NCBI GenBank assembly: GCA_964057225.1
Contig: OZ059899.1
Span: forward strand, 8,742,001 to 8,806,000
DNA: 64,000 bases
Direction of reading: 5' to 3'
DNA from: Auanema rhodensis
Lineage: Eukaryota; Animalia; Nematoda
Shown here: positions 48,601 through 62,296 of the stretch, one piece after another
Layout: each line of letters starts with the position of its first letter
Position numbering within the stretch: the first letter of the stretch is position 1
Made by a program: the position numbers and the translations under genes
Notes under the pieces: model-generated
Databases searched by the model: none
Told to the model about the DNA's origin: nothing
The model's input: only the letters and a program-made list of their open reading frames with translations

Positions 48601-51600
48601 CTTCAGATGAGGGATGCAATACTCAGGTACGTAATAGGCTTTTAAAGTATACTTTTTATTTCCTTTGAAGCTATATAGAGGATTGGATATGGCAGTACGT
48701 AAAGGAGATGTACAACCCGGATCATATTTGCAGTTATTCATGGTTTGTATAATCTTATTTACAAAAAAAAATGCTTTCTGCAGGTTTCTAACCCCGATTT
48801 TACTAATCAACGAGATTGGTTAGAGCTTTATGAAGACGTGAGAGCTCGCAATCTTCATCTCACGGTATTCATGGGAGTATCTACTAGATTCGCGTCCGAC
48901 ATTAATCCATCTGGATTATTCTGTAATGCAACCTGGGTATTTAAAGCAACTATGATGTGTTAAGTTGAAAAAACATGTTCAGGACACTTTGTGGCCACTC
49001 GAAGCTGTAGCATTCAGCGGTGTTGGTGCAATTTACACTTCTCAACAAGCATCAGTATCTGAGGTAGATATAAGTTATAAAGATAAAATTTAAATTATAA
49101 TATTATTATAGTTTATCAAAATAATTCCACTTCAATACGAATCAAGCATGGTATATACTTATCAGAGTTTCGATTGTACAACAGAACAACAGGTTTGTTT
49201 AAATGCTAATTTCAATCAACCTTCTAAATAAAATTGATGTTAACAGATATATTTCCCTGTTGATACCTATACTCAAACACTTCAATTTGATGTTTATGGT
49301 CAAAATCCTCAATTAGCTGTTCGTGATATTAATGGTATACATAAATGATTTTAGAATATTATATTATAACTTTTGTAGGAAATTCATATTCAGTACAGGA
49401 AGTAGCTGTTGATGATTTCTCGATGTCTTCTATATTTGAAGTTCGCAAACGTATGTAAAAACGTTGTTTTATATTGAAAATTAAACAAAGTTTTTGTGTA
49501 GCATGTGATGATGGATGGACGCAATACAATACATTCTGCTACTATTTCTCAGCAGACAACCTGAATTATCAGAGAGCCAAAAAGGAATGCCATTCAGCTG
49601 GGGGACAGTTGGCTGATGATTTGAACGATAACACTCACGCTTTCATCAAAAGTAAGTTCAAGATATTGTTATACTTTATATATTGAAAATATTTTAGGCA
49701 TTTCTCAATTTTATTCTTTCTGGTTAGGAGGATTCAACAATGGAACTTGGTACTGGGATAGACCTGACGGTATCCAGCCTTTGCCTGTAAGAAACTAATA
49801 TATTATCTTAGTTAAGTATTTTATACTATCAGATTCAAACGAATGATTATACTTATTGGATTCATGATGTACCTATCGACGATGATCATCGTCAGTGTAT
49901 GTTCTGGAGTTATCAACATGATGCAGACAATACATGGTTTGTTATACGTATACATTCATAGTTGACTATATTGTTGGTGGATCAATTTAGGGATGCGGAC
50001 GCTTGTTCTGATGAAAAGTTCTACTTATGTGAAAAACCAAGATATGATAAAAACTATGCTCCAGACCCAGACAATGATGCAGGTTCTGATTTGAAACTTT
50101 AATATGAAGAAGAATTCTATTTATAGATCATTTACCTCCCGGTAAATATGTTCTTTCTATTACTACGAATTCCAGTGGCACTATTTATACTCCTAATCCA
50201 GTACGTTATTGAGTAATCAAATTCTGAAGAAAATGAAACTCTTTCAGATGTGCTCTGTGGTTGTCAGAGTTCAATCTGGTCTTCAGTTTATTACTGGCTT
50301 CACAAATACTATTGTACAAGACTGGCCAAATAAAGATCCTATTAAAGTAAGATTTCCAAAAAGCTTTAAAGCTGAATTTTTTTTTCAGGATTCCGATCAA
50401 AACCGATTAATGTCTTATGTTCACACCAAGGATAATGAGATGGGAACTGCTATTGTATTGTCAGCTACTATTTTGGATGCCTATAACAGTAAGTATATTT
50501 AAGATTTTATTGAATTATTTTCATAAGATGAAAATTGTGACAATTTATCTTTTTAGATACTTTTTATAATGCTGTCAATTATCAATATCGGTTGAACTGT
50601 GATTGGCCATGGCTATCTCAAACATTTGCATGTCCTCCCGGTTTTGATGATTCAAATGAATTAGCTATTTTAGTATTCAAAGAACATATAGAATATAATA
50701 ATTATTTATTTATTTATAGCATACTGGTGAAGATGAATTTGGATATCTCTTCCAACGCTTCTCATATGGTCATTGTTCTAAAGCTAGTATGATTATGATA
50801 ATATGTTATGCTTTTTAACTGATTTTCATCTATTTAGCTTTGACATGTGGAAATGGTGGATATAAAGCAGACAATGGAGTATGTGTTTGTGATGAATATT
50901 GGCAGGGTAAGAAGTTCAGTGAATCCGTTTTTATTCAATGGTAATCCCCTAGGAATCTTATGCACAACTCCTGTTTGCGTCAATGGTGGAAGTTTATCTA
51001 CAGATGGCCGATCATGTGTTTGTCCTACAACTTATTCTGGATTCCATTGCGAATATGGTTAGTATCCAAGTCATTAATGAACTTAATTGGTAATTGACAG
51101 AAACCTGTGATAATGATCAGCATAGTTCGTTCTTGCCAATAGCAAAGACAATGATCATTGTTATTGAGACGACATTCCAAAACAATGCCGCAGTAACTGA
51201 TGTAATCATTTATTTTAAAACATTTTAATGAGTATATTCATAACATTCAGTTTGCTAATAATTTACCAACAGCTGTTAGCCAGTCTGCATCATCATGGTT
51301 CAATAGTTTCATTGTTATTGCTTTCGATGGTAAAATATACTTACAGAATTTAATATTTCTATTTTTTAACATTTTCAGGCGACGAAATATATATGGAAGT
51401 AGCTGACACTGCTTATCAAGCTACAGAGATAATTTTAAAGCAACAATACAATGCTAAAAAACAAGGATCATGCTCTATGAATATTTGGAGGTAATTAAGG
51501 CCTACCAATATTTTAGTACATATATACTCTATTCAAGTATTATCCAATATTTCTTCAATGATGCTGACACCTTTTCTCTAGTTCAATACCCAAGATCTGA

Positions 51601-53818
51601 GATGTTCGTTATTACTTCTGCTGGCGTTAGCGATGGTGATAGTGTTAGAGATAGAGATCTCCATACTCTTGCCGATTCCCAGATTATTGTAAGAAAAATT
51701 ATTATATTTTTGTTTACTATGCATTGTATACTATAGGTACATTATTTGTATGTTAACTCATCATGTGGAACTTATCCAAGCGATGGATCTGCAAATTCAA
51801 TTGCTCGTTTGGCTTACACAACTGAGGGTAATGTGGCGTTCTTGGATGCAAATGGCATTGGTGATGTACGTTTTGAAAATAATTCTTTAAGTTATTATTT
51901 CATTTCAGTTCTTTATCAAATATCTTCCAACAAGATTCGATGCTAGTACAATCTTATATCCAAGCTATCCTAAGTACCAATGTACTAGTTCCAATCCATC
52001 TCTTATAACGGTTGACTTTAACACATCAGCTATTTACATTTTTGTTTCTGGGGAATTTGGAAATGTTGGAGCAGTGAGCCCACAAAAACGTATATTTCAA
52101 ACGTTAATGTGATAATATTTAAAATTATATTTTAGATAATATTAAACCAGATATTATTGTGTCTAATGGTATTACAAGAATATATCGTATCATTCCAACA
52201 GCAGACAGTTCACCAGGCGGAGTTTGGAAAATTAGTGTATGTATTGAATTATAATACGAAATGATGTGATTTGTGCTTTAGTTCAGCACTCCTGGAAATT
52301 GCTATGTAGCCATATATACCCAAGGTGGAGCTTCTACATATCCATTGTATGCTGTAGCTCCTCCTTCAAATCCTACAGGATCTCGTCAGGATGGAACTAA
52401 ACATAGTCCTTTCTCAGGAGGTTGAACACATTCAGAAATTTCAAAAAATGCATTGTTATTGACTTACAGAAACAAATGTTGTGACAGCTCATCTTAAAGG
52501 ATCCGAAGGTCATCATGGACGTCTTACGTATGCTCAAATTGTAGATTCAACAACAGGAGCGGTAAACATGATTGTTATAATTAAATACTAAACTTCCAAA
52601 CAATTCAAGGAAATTCTGAGCTCTGAGCTCTATATTAGACAAGGATGTTCTTATGAATATGTGTCAGATCCATTTACTTGTGATTCTAATTTGTTGACTT
52701 TGTTCATTCATGGAATTGATGAAACAAATCAGGCATTCCGTCGCCAATACACCTCTTATTGCATTGGAAACAATAAACCAAGTATGAATATGAAGTATTC
52801 ATTATCGAAACAATACATCTGTTATTTTAGGTCCTGCAACTCCTCCCGTAGTATATTCAACCACATCAATGACACTAAGTACTACTACTTTGTCAACAAC
52901 ATCAACACAAGCACCTGTTTGTTCTTACAATCTCCATCACAATATAGAAAATACTAATTTAGACAACATCAATACCTATTTATGATGTGAAAGCTGATAT
53001 TGTTTTCATTGTTGATGAATCAGCATCAGCAGCAAACACTTATGATACTGTAACGATTTAAATATTTGCAATACCGTAAAATTATTTTTTGAATTTTCAG
53101 TTACACAATTTCATCAAAACATTAATGGCTCCATATAATCTTGCATTCAATAATACTCGAGTTGCTTTTATACCTGTAACTGGAGTAAAGAATAGACAGG
53201 TATTGTTGAAATCTTCAAAACTATTGAATATGATTTTTTTAGGTGATTGCCTACTATTTCGGTGATACTAATAGCCAATCGGCTCTTAGTAATCATGTGG
53301 ATGCGTTACATCAATTCGGAAAATATAATCAGCCGGGACAATATTTACAAAAGTATACCAATATTCAGTATTTAGAATAATATTAAATACGCAACATGTT
53401 TAGCGCCTTGGATTTAGCAACAAGAAAAGAATTCTATGCAACTGGATATCGTACTACAATTACAAATCATCTTATTGTATATGTTACATCTACATCTTCA
53501 TTCAGTGATAATCCATCAACTGATCAAATTCGTGCTAATAAGACATATGGAGTTATTACAGTAGGATTTGGAGGAAACTTAGATGCGAACAGCCTTGCTG
53601 TAAGCTATTCTTGTTCATCGCTTCATTCTATTTTTTAATATACAGACTATTGCTGGAGATAAGCGGTGTGTCTTCGCAACCAACAATGTCGATGAATTGA
53701 ACAACAGCATTAAAGATTCAGTTCAACAACTGATTTTCAGTGCTAAGTAAGATATATTAAACATTCAAAATCTTTAATTTTTTATTATTTCAGTTCTAAC
53801 GGTGGAATATATTGCTAG
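43947..53818 (+). CDS. irg-7: IRG-7-like secreted multidomain protein, paralogue B
   Basis: Signal peptide MRLFWLAVLWAVAFA. Same domain order and many shared intron positions with paralogue A (GATIDSAILSNC, KSPVYVITDALP, CDDGWTQY CTLD, DIVFIVDES VWA, YGVITVGFG). Ends GGIYC* at 53816-53818. Family-level call only. Confidence 0.85.
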
Positions 53819-53854
53819 ACAAATGTAAAGATAATGTGTTTATTTTAAATTTAT

Positions 53855-53860
53855 AATAAA
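53855..53860 (+). terminator. Candidate poly(A) signal for IRG-7-like B
   Basis: AATAAA ~37 nt after the stop codon, before the convergent gene. Confidence 0.55.
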
Positions 53861-53911
53861 AATTTTATTCGTTAAGCTTATTTCATTTAAAATTACTTGA
53901 AATTTTCATTT

Positions 53912-55796
53912 TTATTCTGAAGAGTTCGGACGAAAATGATCAATACAGTAAACTCCTCTCGAACTTCGTTGAAGATGTTGCAATCTTGCCTGAAAACTTG
54001 TAATATTCAAGCAGGTGTAGAGTTTATAAGAATTAAATAGAAATATATAAGATACATAAGCTGAACTTCTGAAAATCCTCTGACTTCGATGTAAACGATC
54101 ATGTAGATCAGTACGATTGTGACTTCGCTACAAATCTATGATTTACTTTACGTTCAAACATTGTGCACATACAGTATTATCGCCATATTCACGTATAAAT
54201 TCTTTAAAGTATAAACGAATTATCAGAGCTGAAGCAGTGTTTTCAAGCCTTGATAGACTTAAATCTCGAGCAACTAGTAGCCATTCTAAAATAATTCTTA
54301 GTTCAGAATGTTCCTAAATTCATTTTTGTTTTCTAATAATTTATAAATTGATTACCTTGTACAATTGCTCACAAGCCATTTTCTCAATTGCTTGTTTAAA
54401 TTCTTTTCGGTTTATTACGTCCACTTGTTCGGAAAGAACTAATATTTCTGTAGTTAACTGGTATGTTAATTTGCTCGGAGGTAAAAACGTTCCTGTCATA
54501 GCAAATGTAACAACCTATAAATAGAAATATGTTGAATGTATACTAAGAACAGTGTTAAAACTGTAGTTAAAGCTGGTAATGAAGTATCTAATTCTATTTC
54601 ATCCCGTATCAATGCGTTAGATATTAATTTTTTTCTGAAAAAAGAGGAGCACAGATAAAGAGCTTCACGAGATGCTGGGTATTCTCTACTATCACGTAAT
54701 GTTTTAATACAAAAATCATGTCTTTTTCTAAATATTCATGTCATGTAAACAAAATTAAATTGAATCGTACTTGTCTGTTAAAGCAGTGAAACGGAAGTCT
54801 AATTGGTTTGAAGTTAATGGACATGCTAACGACCAAGATCCAATTAAAAATTGGGATTTCAGTAAGAAAAGTGTAGCTGTTATATGACATTTGAGCCCTG
54901 TTCGCACAAATAAACTATATTATTACTATATTATCTTATTATGCTAACCATTATATATATCGGCACTGAAAATAGATTTCAAAGTTAATCCTAACGACGA
55001 ATCATTTGGCACCGTAAAGCCTGTGAACTCTTCTGGATTACTATCACTTGAGCAATAAGGTTCAGCAGTAAGAATGGCTGTAAAATAAGTTTGTTTGGAT
55101 ATAAAAACTATATGAAACTTCGCGATTCAGAATCTTTAACGCGTAATTCAAAATTACACCTCAAAGCATAATGATTTCTAATAGCTAAAGAAGACAAACT
55201 GGGTTCTAAGCTAAGCTAAAATATTATTTTTGTTGTAAAGAAAGAATCAAGATGTAATTTTACTTGAACATTACTGCTTCTGGTATCGGGAGGTTGATAT
55301 ATAAAATTAATTGAGTTATCACGAACAATAGATAATCTCCTAAATTTTTGCATATTTAACACTGATAAGTTAATATAACCATTCGTATGAAGTAGCATCG
55401 TATATTGTTGTAAATTGAACAGCATCTGATGTCCATGGACTGAAGAGAATAACAAAAAATAATTTAAAATATTAGATAATAATAATCATTGAAATTTTAG
55501 AAATTCTATAGATGCTCTAAATTATTCAATTTACTTTCTTGTTGGTAATATATCTAAATCCCAATTCTTAACAAAACTAATCGTTGATTCAGATTTCATA
55601 GTAGACTTCTATCACCAATGAAGACAATAAAAATAATTTTTTTCACGTTTCTTACGTGATTCACGTAAGAAGAAGTCTCTTTCGAATGTTCTTGAACGGT
55701 TGTTTGAATCGTGTCTGAAAGAATCGTATATTTTGAAAAAAAAAATGTTTTTGTTTTGTTCAAACATGTAAATAAGTTGAAACCAACTCTTTTCAT
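53912..55796 (-). CDS. MATH-like + BTB/POZ domain protein (BATH-type Cullin-3 adaptor candidate); many short exons
   Basis: Manual splicing gives one continuous frame. N-terminal beta-rich region (YEWRLSIVR..LSLEP..CNFELRVKDS..GLKCHITATL) is followed by the BTB signature HDFCIKT..EYPASREALYLCSSFFRKKL..EIELDTSLPALTTVVTFAMTG, then a helical EWLLVARDLSLSRLE segment. The last exon follows a TTTTCAG acceptor. Confidence 0.75.
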
Positions 55797-57523
55797 TTAT
55801 TTTCTAAAACTAAAACCAGCAAATATATGTAAATAATAAATAAAAACTATTCAGTTGGTGTAGATGAATAATAATAAAAATATAATCTGGATATACAAAT
55901 ATATAAATTAATATTTTAAGCAAAAATTATAAAAATATGGTTTTTATTCAAGAAATTTATCAAATATTAAATTTATTTTGATTTTTACCTATTCAAATTT
56001 CTATATATTCTTTGAAATACTTAAATATCTGCTATTTTTGACATTCAATATCATCTTTGCAAAAATGATGCCTTCTCTGTCGTCATCACTTTTGTCGTCA
56101 TAGTCAGTTGTTGCGTTCGAATTTGCAAGCATTGCTTAACAATCTCATTATTCAAATATTTTAAGTTTAACCATGCTAACGTTGTAGCTTGAAGTTTGAT
56201 TAATGCTGGTAGTTTGGATTGAAGAGGATTATAAACACAAACACAATGTGACTGTTGCTATAGCCCATACTATTATATTTTATTTTTGTTGAAACAACTT
56301 TTATTGTTTCACTTAGTTTTTCACATTACAATTTACCAGGATGTTTCTGTCACTAAACTCTTGAACTTTGTTTTTTTTTATTTCAAATAAAATTACAACG
56401 AGTTTTTGCTGTTTATAATGAAACTTTTGGCCTGGATCTTTTGAAAGATAACATAATAAATCTTCTACGAGGAAATAAACGTTGCAACTTCATGTCAACA
56501 AAGTATATTTTAGTTAGTAAACTATTAGAAAAAATTATTTTTCGCTTGTTCTCACTTTTTTTTTGATTCACTAACGACAACATGTAGAAATGTATAGTAG
56601 TGCAAACAGACTAGCAAACGTTGCTCATGTAATCTAGCTCTGTCAATCTCTTATCATTTGCAATGATTTTCATATCGCCATATCAGCCCCCATTAGCAAA
56701 TTTATAAATTCTATATAAAATTTGTTGTTAAAAAGACAATGTTATATTTAAACAAATTGAACTACAGAAGGTTTCAGAGGAAAGCAGAAGAACAGCTGGC
56801 CAACTCAGATAAGTATGATTTGACGTCATTCCCACCTACGCTTTACATTCTCCCTTCAGGGTGTATCGAAGCCATGAAGTTTTAACCAGCAAAATGAGTA
56901 AATGAAGATCTCCTTATCTTAGGAAACAAAAAACCTTTGCAACTTGAAATACGATGTGCAATGAATTCTATTATTTTTTGTTTTACAATGTTCTAGTCTA
57001 AAAGAAAAAAAACGATATGGAAGGCAAGTAATTTATTAAGCCTCATAACGGCTACCCATACGCTAAGTCTATGTACAAATATTATTCAGTACATTAAATT
57101 GAAGAAACAAAAGCTTGAACATTAACATAAGTCATATATGTATGAAAAGCAAAAACAATACTAAGCACACATAACTCTAAGCATATCGAATGCATCATTA
57201 ATCAATTATCAATTCAGCATATATTCGAATGAAAAAGAAGAAAAACTACAAGTGTTCGTGTGAAAGTGCCACAAAAATCAGACAAAGATATATATTTGCT
57301 TTTTAAATTTTAATTATTACAATATCAACTTACTTATATATTAATATATATTGTAAATTTAATTGTCTTTATACTATTAAGATGATATAGTATATATCAA
57401 TAAACTGTATTACAGTAACTATATTTATATTAACTAATTTATATATATATATATTAATGTATATATAATATATTCTATTAGCTGCATTTTTTTGATTGGA
57501 AACAGACATATACTATACATCAA

Positions 57524-58945
57524 CTACCAGTTGGCAAACAGGTCCCTTTCTCTTTGAGGTACTACTGGTCCTGGATCAACATTCTCATCATATGTATCGA
57601 AGTTGCCAGTATCCCCAGCATGATAAAGCGTCGGAACAATGGGAGGCTGCAAATCAAAGATGTATGTATGTTAGATGACATCATGACAAATTAAATATTT
57701 ATCTTTTGACTTCTTTTTCTTGTTCGTCAAGAAAGAAAGAAAAAGAGAGAGAGAGAGAGAGAGAGAATTTCTTACCTCTAGACGCATTTCATAGAGATCT
57801 TTCCAATTTATTTTCTGGAACCACTTGTGTTCCATTACGTCACGAGCACCATTTTTCATAGCTCCAATGCGTTGTGTACGATCAACTACCAATAACTTCT
57901 TAACCAAATCCCTAAAAAGAGTTATATTCAATGATTATTATTATGAAAAATGGCAAATATTACTTTGCGATCAGGTTAAAACTGCGAGGAAACTTCAATT
58001 TATGTTCAACAATTCTATCATAAATTTCTGATGTATTTTTTCCTCTGAAAGGTGGACGACCAGCCATCATTTCATATATGAGAACACCTAATGCCCACCT
58101 TAAAAATGTATTTTTCTTTAAAATAATATTTAAAATCTATATTATACCAATCAACTGCTTTATTATGTCCTTTATTTGATAAAGATTCTGGTGCTAAATA
58201 TTCAGGTGTACCACATAGTGTATATGTCCTGTCTTTGAGTTCTTTGGCAAAGCCAAAATCAGCCATTTTTATATGACCTTCCTTTGTTAACATGAGATTC
58301 TCAGGTTTCAGATCACGATAAACCTATAATAAGTTAATTTTTAATTTAAAAAAAATAAATTATATGTATATTATAATAAATTATTTTCTTAAAACATACT
58401 ATATTTTTTGAATGAATATAATCGAGAGCAGACACAATTTCAGCAGCATAAAATCTACTCATTGAATTTGAAAAAACTCTTGAAGCTCTAAGATAGCTGA
58501 ATAATTCTCCTCCGGGAACAAATTCCATGATCATATACAAATTTCTATCATCAGTATCAGTAGAAAATCTGTAGAATAGACAAAATATAAATAATTGATT
58601 TGCTTAAGCATTTTCTAGTTCTTACAGTTGTACAATAAATGGGTGATTAAGCTGGTTCAAGACTTGTTTTTCACTGTGAACATGCTGAACTTGACGAGTT
58701 CGAACCACCTGAAGAAGTGTAAATGTAAATTGTAATGTAAATTTCATATATGTATATATATTCTAATATTATTATTATATTCTAAAGTATTCGTTTTCAG
58801 ATTTTCTAGTTTTGTTCATAACTTTTTGTTTTCTTTTCGCTTGAAGTGTTATGAGGTACGTTTTATAAATTTTTAGCATGTGACTCATTTATTTTTATTT
58901 GTTTTGTATTTAAATTTATAAACAACAACGTTTTATTTTATATTG

Positions 58946-58981
<36 letters not shown>

Positions 58982-61900
58982 GAAGAACTTACTTTATGCA
59001 TATTTAAGATTTTCAAGGCAAAATGCTGGCCATTTTCACGGTGACGAGCAAGTTCAACTCGTCCAAACGTACCCGTACCTAAAAATAGAAAAATCGAAAT
59101 TACATTTTTACGAGAGAAAAGGATTGTGAGATTACTTTAACATTAGTTTGAGGTTTAGAATTAAGTCAAAATGTTGAGAGTTTCTATCTTTTTTTCTTTT
59201 CAAAACGTAGTACATTGTATATTTTCTATTTATATATTTGTTCAATTTTCCAAATTTTCTTTTGAAAAATATGACATTCATTTCTTTCTGATCGATTATG
59301 AACACAAAAATACTAAATAGTTGAAAGAAAATTATCTATAATATTCACATATTGTTTGTTCTTTTTGCTCTAACTTTTTAAACGTTTTTCTATAGTTAAA
59401 GACTGTTTCAGCAGAAAAGCAAGATGGAATATCAATTTAAATAGCCTATTTAGTTTCTCTCTTCGAAATTGCTTTGGGTTTTCGGAAGATTCAGTGAAAA
59501 GAACAAGCTGTTTTAGAGTTTTTTAATTGCTTTAGGTAATAGAGATAAACCACGAGGTTATTCTTCTATGTGATCCCATTTCTTTGCATTTCTCTTCTAT
59601 TTAGATCATTTGGGGGAATTACTTCTCATATCAGAGGAACGCCGTGTTACACCACGTAAGCTTCAAAGTTAAGTTGCTCCCTCTCGCTCTCTCATTGAAC
59701 CACCTCCTTCTGTCGCTTATAACCTCACACATAAGAGAGAACTCTCTCATTTTCTCTTATGACTAGAATTAGGCCACTAATTCATCGAACTTTTAAGTGA
59801 TTTATTGTTCAAAGTTGTTTCGCACTAAAGTAGGGATGCAAATGCCACAATACCAAACTAGAGAGCATTTCCAGCAGATTAAACTTTTTAAGTTCAAAGT
59901 GTGTAGTGTATACGAGTTAAGTATTAGGGTTCAAGTTTAGCTGTATAGTTGGTCTAACAAGTGCAAATAGTTTTTACTTTATATCAATCTATTTTGAGCT
60001 TGGCAGCGACATTAGCCAAAGAAAAGTCAAACTTTTCATGACATTATACACTAGGGAGTTATAAAATATCGTTTGGTCACATATTATTCCTTGTTCTTTT
60101 TTTTAAAGAGTGAACAAAAAAAAACAAAAACTAAGTAACTTTCTGAAAAAAAAGTTAAAAACCTAACTATTAGTAAAATTATTTTTTTTATTATGTGTAT
60201 ACTTTAGTAAGAATAATAGAAGGCAAGTTGGCAAAATATTCTTCAACAACAAACTTCATCGATTCATTGAAATATTTGAAAAATCTAATTCCCTTCTTAA
60301 CGGATTCTAGTCGTAGTCTAATCTAACCTACGCAAAACGAACAAATCATTCTTGAATATAGAAACTTATCCAGTACTACAAACATTTCAAAATTCTAATA
60401 AAATCAAAATAATATAATGAATATGATTAAGAGAAAAACTCATTTCAAAGTACTTTAATTCATCTTAAGTATGATTACTTTAACATAACTACGTACTTTT
60501 TAGTTTTACGAGTATTATTGTTGGTTGTCGTCGAGACAACACAATCATGTTTTTAGTATTATGAAGTATTCGATATATGTATCTGATTTGAATTCAAATG
60601 TTTTTATGAACTTTTTTTGTTCAAAAAGATTTAAAAAAAAAGATAAAATATATGAATAAGTATCAAATTGTTTTTTTTTCTTGTTTGAAAATCTTATATA
60701 AGAATATGGAAGCTTTGTTAACTTATAAATTTGCTCAAATATTGTATGTCAAAGAGAATATAAATAGAACGAAAGAACTTAGTCAGTGAGGTATGAATCA
60801 AGCATATAGTGTATGATTTACATTACTATAAATAGATTATTTCATATATTTACATAAAAGAAAGAATTTATGAGAAAAAGTATATTTGATATTAATAAGT
60901 TTAAGCAAAATGTTCATAATTAATTGTATTTTTCACTAAGTATATTTACTGAACTCCCACCTTTTTCATGTTCAAAAATGAATTTTATTCTCCTTTTTTT
61001 TTTTTTTAAATGAAAGTGTCTAAGGGAAATTTTCACAAAATAATCTATCTGCTCAAACTAACCGATTGTCACAATTGTTATCAGATCTTTCATCGAAACA
61101 TTCACATGACCGATTGGTTTTGGTGGCTCTTCAACCAATTGGAGTTGACTGGATACAGAGTCTGTCAGCTCGCTTAGTTCGTCTTCCTGTAATATGTTTC
61201 TTGAGAGAAAAAAAAGTTTTTTTTTTATAAGAATCAGTGACTTCTGTTGGAATTTATCAAAAATTCAATGTTAAAACCTTGTGAGTTGAGGGTAGTTTCT
61301 TGGAAAATACTTGAAATGAGAAGTTAGAAAAGCAATACCTTTTCAAATTTTTTTTTCCAACTTTTGACTACCATGCATTAAAAGAAAATGAATAAAGTGT
61401 TTTCTTGGAACGTTTTTCTCAAATATACATTTCAAGAGAAGTTAATTTAGTTTTGTGACACTCTTTTTTTTTCTTTTTTTTTAGGAAATTCAATATATAA
61501 TAATAATAATAAAAGCATCAAAAGAACAAAAGAGTAGTGAAAATTGTTTTTTTTTTTGTTGACAAATTTATATTGAATAAGAAAACAATTTTCGTATTAG
61601 TTCTTTTTCAAAATTGATATATTCTTGAATCAAAATCTTACAAATAAGTATTTGTGTATCGTAAGTGTCTGAATTCTTAAAAATCAACAAAAAAAAAAGA
61701 TTTTCATATTTCATACAGCTAGCTAGTACAGCTTAAGTATTTGATCCTTAAGATTTCAATATCATGATCAGAATTTCCTTGTCGTAATGCATTGATATAT
61801 TAGATTAGAAATCAATGTTCAAGAAAATAAATAGACTCAATGTTCTTTGTTGAATGTCAGCTGTTAGATTGGACGATCTTAACATTCTATCAGCCTTCTA

Positions 61901-62282
61901 ATGCTTACAAATCTTTCCAGGAATAACTTTTTTTGGAAGCATAACAAAAAAATATTTGAAATATTCTCAATAGAAGTTAGAAAATATTAATTTTCTTATA
62001 AAGTATTGTTATGACTATAAAGAAAAGATAAGATAAACTTTTTAAAAAAACATATATATGTGTATATCCTAGTATATAGTAAAGAAACTAAATCTCAAGA
62101 ATCTATATTATGATTTCAATCATAAAAATGTTTTTTGATATACTTACTTGATTATCATTTTCTTTCTGTTTGTTACTATTATTATTAGGATCATAGGTAA
62201 AGGAAGCTGAACATTCTTTTGAGCAATCATCATCATAAGAAGAAGATGAAGCCGATGGAGACGACGGCGAAGCCGACGACAT
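57524..62282 (-). CDS. PRKX: cAMP-dependent protein kinase catalytic subunit-like, PRKX / C. elegans F47F2.1 type; multi-exon
   Basis: N-terminus [34 protein letters not shown]; [53 protein letters not shown]; C-tail GDTGNFD..DLFANW*. Confidence 0.92.
58949..58979. repeat. (TA)n microsatellite in kinase intron
   Basis: Visible dinucleotide run. Confidence 0.9.
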
Positions 62283-62290
62283 TTTGAGAT

Positions 62291-62296
62291 CTGAAA
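62291..62296 (-). promoter_or_regulatory. TTTCAG acceptor just before kinase ATG (SL trans-splice or 5'UTR intron acceptor)
   Basis: TTTCAG 8 nt upstream of the ATG. Similar acceptors precede the BTB gene (TTTTAG, 55804-55809) and IRG-7-like B (TTGCAG, 43936-43941). Confidence 0.5.
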
